DNA of 64,000 nucleotides from Selaginella moellendorffii (Eukaryota; Plantae; Lycopodiophyta): NCBI RefSeq assembly GCF_000143415.4, contig NW_003314327.1, positions 857,403 to 921,402 of the forward strand, read 5' to 3'. Shown piece by piece: positions 62,907 to 64,000 of this stretch (position 1 is its first letter; each line of letters starts with the position of its first letter). The notes under the pieces were generated by a model. It saw only the letters and a program-made list of their open reading frames with translations, ran no database searches and was not told where the DNA came from. The position numbers and the translations under genes were made by a program.

Positions 62907-64000
62907 ATGGGAGTAGGGCTGGAGGCCGTGCGCCGGCTGAGCGATGTCCTCGCTCGGCAGAAGGCGGGCGTGGAGGATCGCCTGGATTTGCTGATCGATC
63001 AGAAGCGTGGCCTCCATGGCATTGTCGCTGCTTCGCGATATCTGGCCGCCAGAACCAGCGTCACTGGCAGCGATAAGCAGCGGGATCTACTGCTCTACGT
63101 CGCGGGATTCATCGATCAGCTCCCGACCATGGCAATGCAGGCGATTGGGAGCTCCGAGGCTGATTTCTTCGCGGAGTTGGCGAGATATCTGGTGAGCATT
63201 GTGGAGAAGTGGCCGGTTGCTTGCTCCACCTTCAGCAAATCTTTAGCGATCGTGCTGGAAGGCTTCGATCCTTCGCAGGGGGCGACCTCTCCGTGCAGGG
63301 CCTTCCTCTGCGCAGTGTCGATGAATTGCTTCCGAGTGGACGAAGCTGCCGTGGATCAGATTGGTGATTGCCTGTTGCGAAAGTGGATCGTTTCCAGTGA
63401 CGAAGATAGTTCCTCTCCTCGGGGGAACGAGTCCATTGACGATTTGGAGAGGTATAAGATCGGGCTAAGGTTGTTTATAAACATCATGGGGAAGTCCAAG
63501 GACGCTCAGGTTTTAAAGCTCCGGTCAGCATCAGTTAGGCAGCTCAAGACTTTGATTCCACTGCTCAAGGTAGCGATCGCGACACTTTCCTCGTGGATGC
63601 TTGATACTAGAACTGATGTTTTCCTTTTCTTCGCTCCAGATCCGAAAGCGAGAGTTAAATGGTGGCGAAGTTCCTTTGAAACAGACAATATGCTTGAAGA
63701 TGGAGGTGGCTCAAGTGGCAGCAATCTTGCAAACCAAGTCGCTGTTAAGTTCTCGGAATTCCTCGGACGGGCTTGTGTGGGAGACCGTCACATTGCTTAT
63801 GGATGTGGCCGATTCGTGCATTACGTCTCCCTGGCGGAGGATCCAGGCTTGTGAGGTGCTGTTCGAGAGCCTTTTATCCAGCGTCGCCGAGATTGTTAGT
63901 GCTCATGGGAACCGAACAATTTTACATCGTTTGAGGCTTTTGATCTTGTGCACTTGCGCTTACGTAAGTACATTGCTCTTGTTGTTTCTTCTCGCTCACA
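62907..64000 (+). CDS. Phosphatidylinositol 4-kinase alpha, 5' part (runs off the window)
   Basis: LEAVRRLSDVLA; LRSASVRQLKTLIPLLK|IRKRE..LK..I..K...Q.AA resembles the N-terminus of plant PI4K-alpha. Confidence 0.65.

Overview
Eukaryotic plant nuclear DNA. The ~50-70 bp GT-AG introns, GC-rich exons, tight gene spacing and telo-boxes suggest the lycophyte Selaginella; this is an inference, and no database search was run. Layout: (1) 1-20 kb is a TE/fragment zone: two inverted LTR-like copies, duplicated WASHC4 fragments around an intact secreted PLAT gene, an F-box fragment, and a head-to-tail Helitron array (a non-autonomous unit carrying an RCL1 fragment, a decayed Rep/PIF1 element and a third 5' stub). 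(2) 20-37 kb holds PIMT, WEE1, a triplicated head-to-head NIF/SCP phosphatase + tRNA-IPT (IPT9/MiaA) cassette, a Raf-like STY kinase and a C2H2/EAR zinc-finger gene. (3) 37.4-48.7 kb is an accessory island: a gene resembling a fungal 'MGTRG..YxG.Y..YNH.DSY' family plus its internally inverted duplicate, and a cluster of Fic-domain genes (one spliced with a canonical HPFxDGNGRxxR motif, one intronless non-canonical, one remnant), bounded by AT-rich repeats and a polarity-switching TA microsatellite. (4) 48.9-64 kb is conserved housekeeping genes: COG1, a SINE-like KASH protein, PIAL, a GH17-X8 glucanase, CLPTM1 and the 5' part of PI4K-alpha. The Fic cluster/HGT-like island is the best candidate for an undescribed system. 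All family assignments come from recalled motifs.
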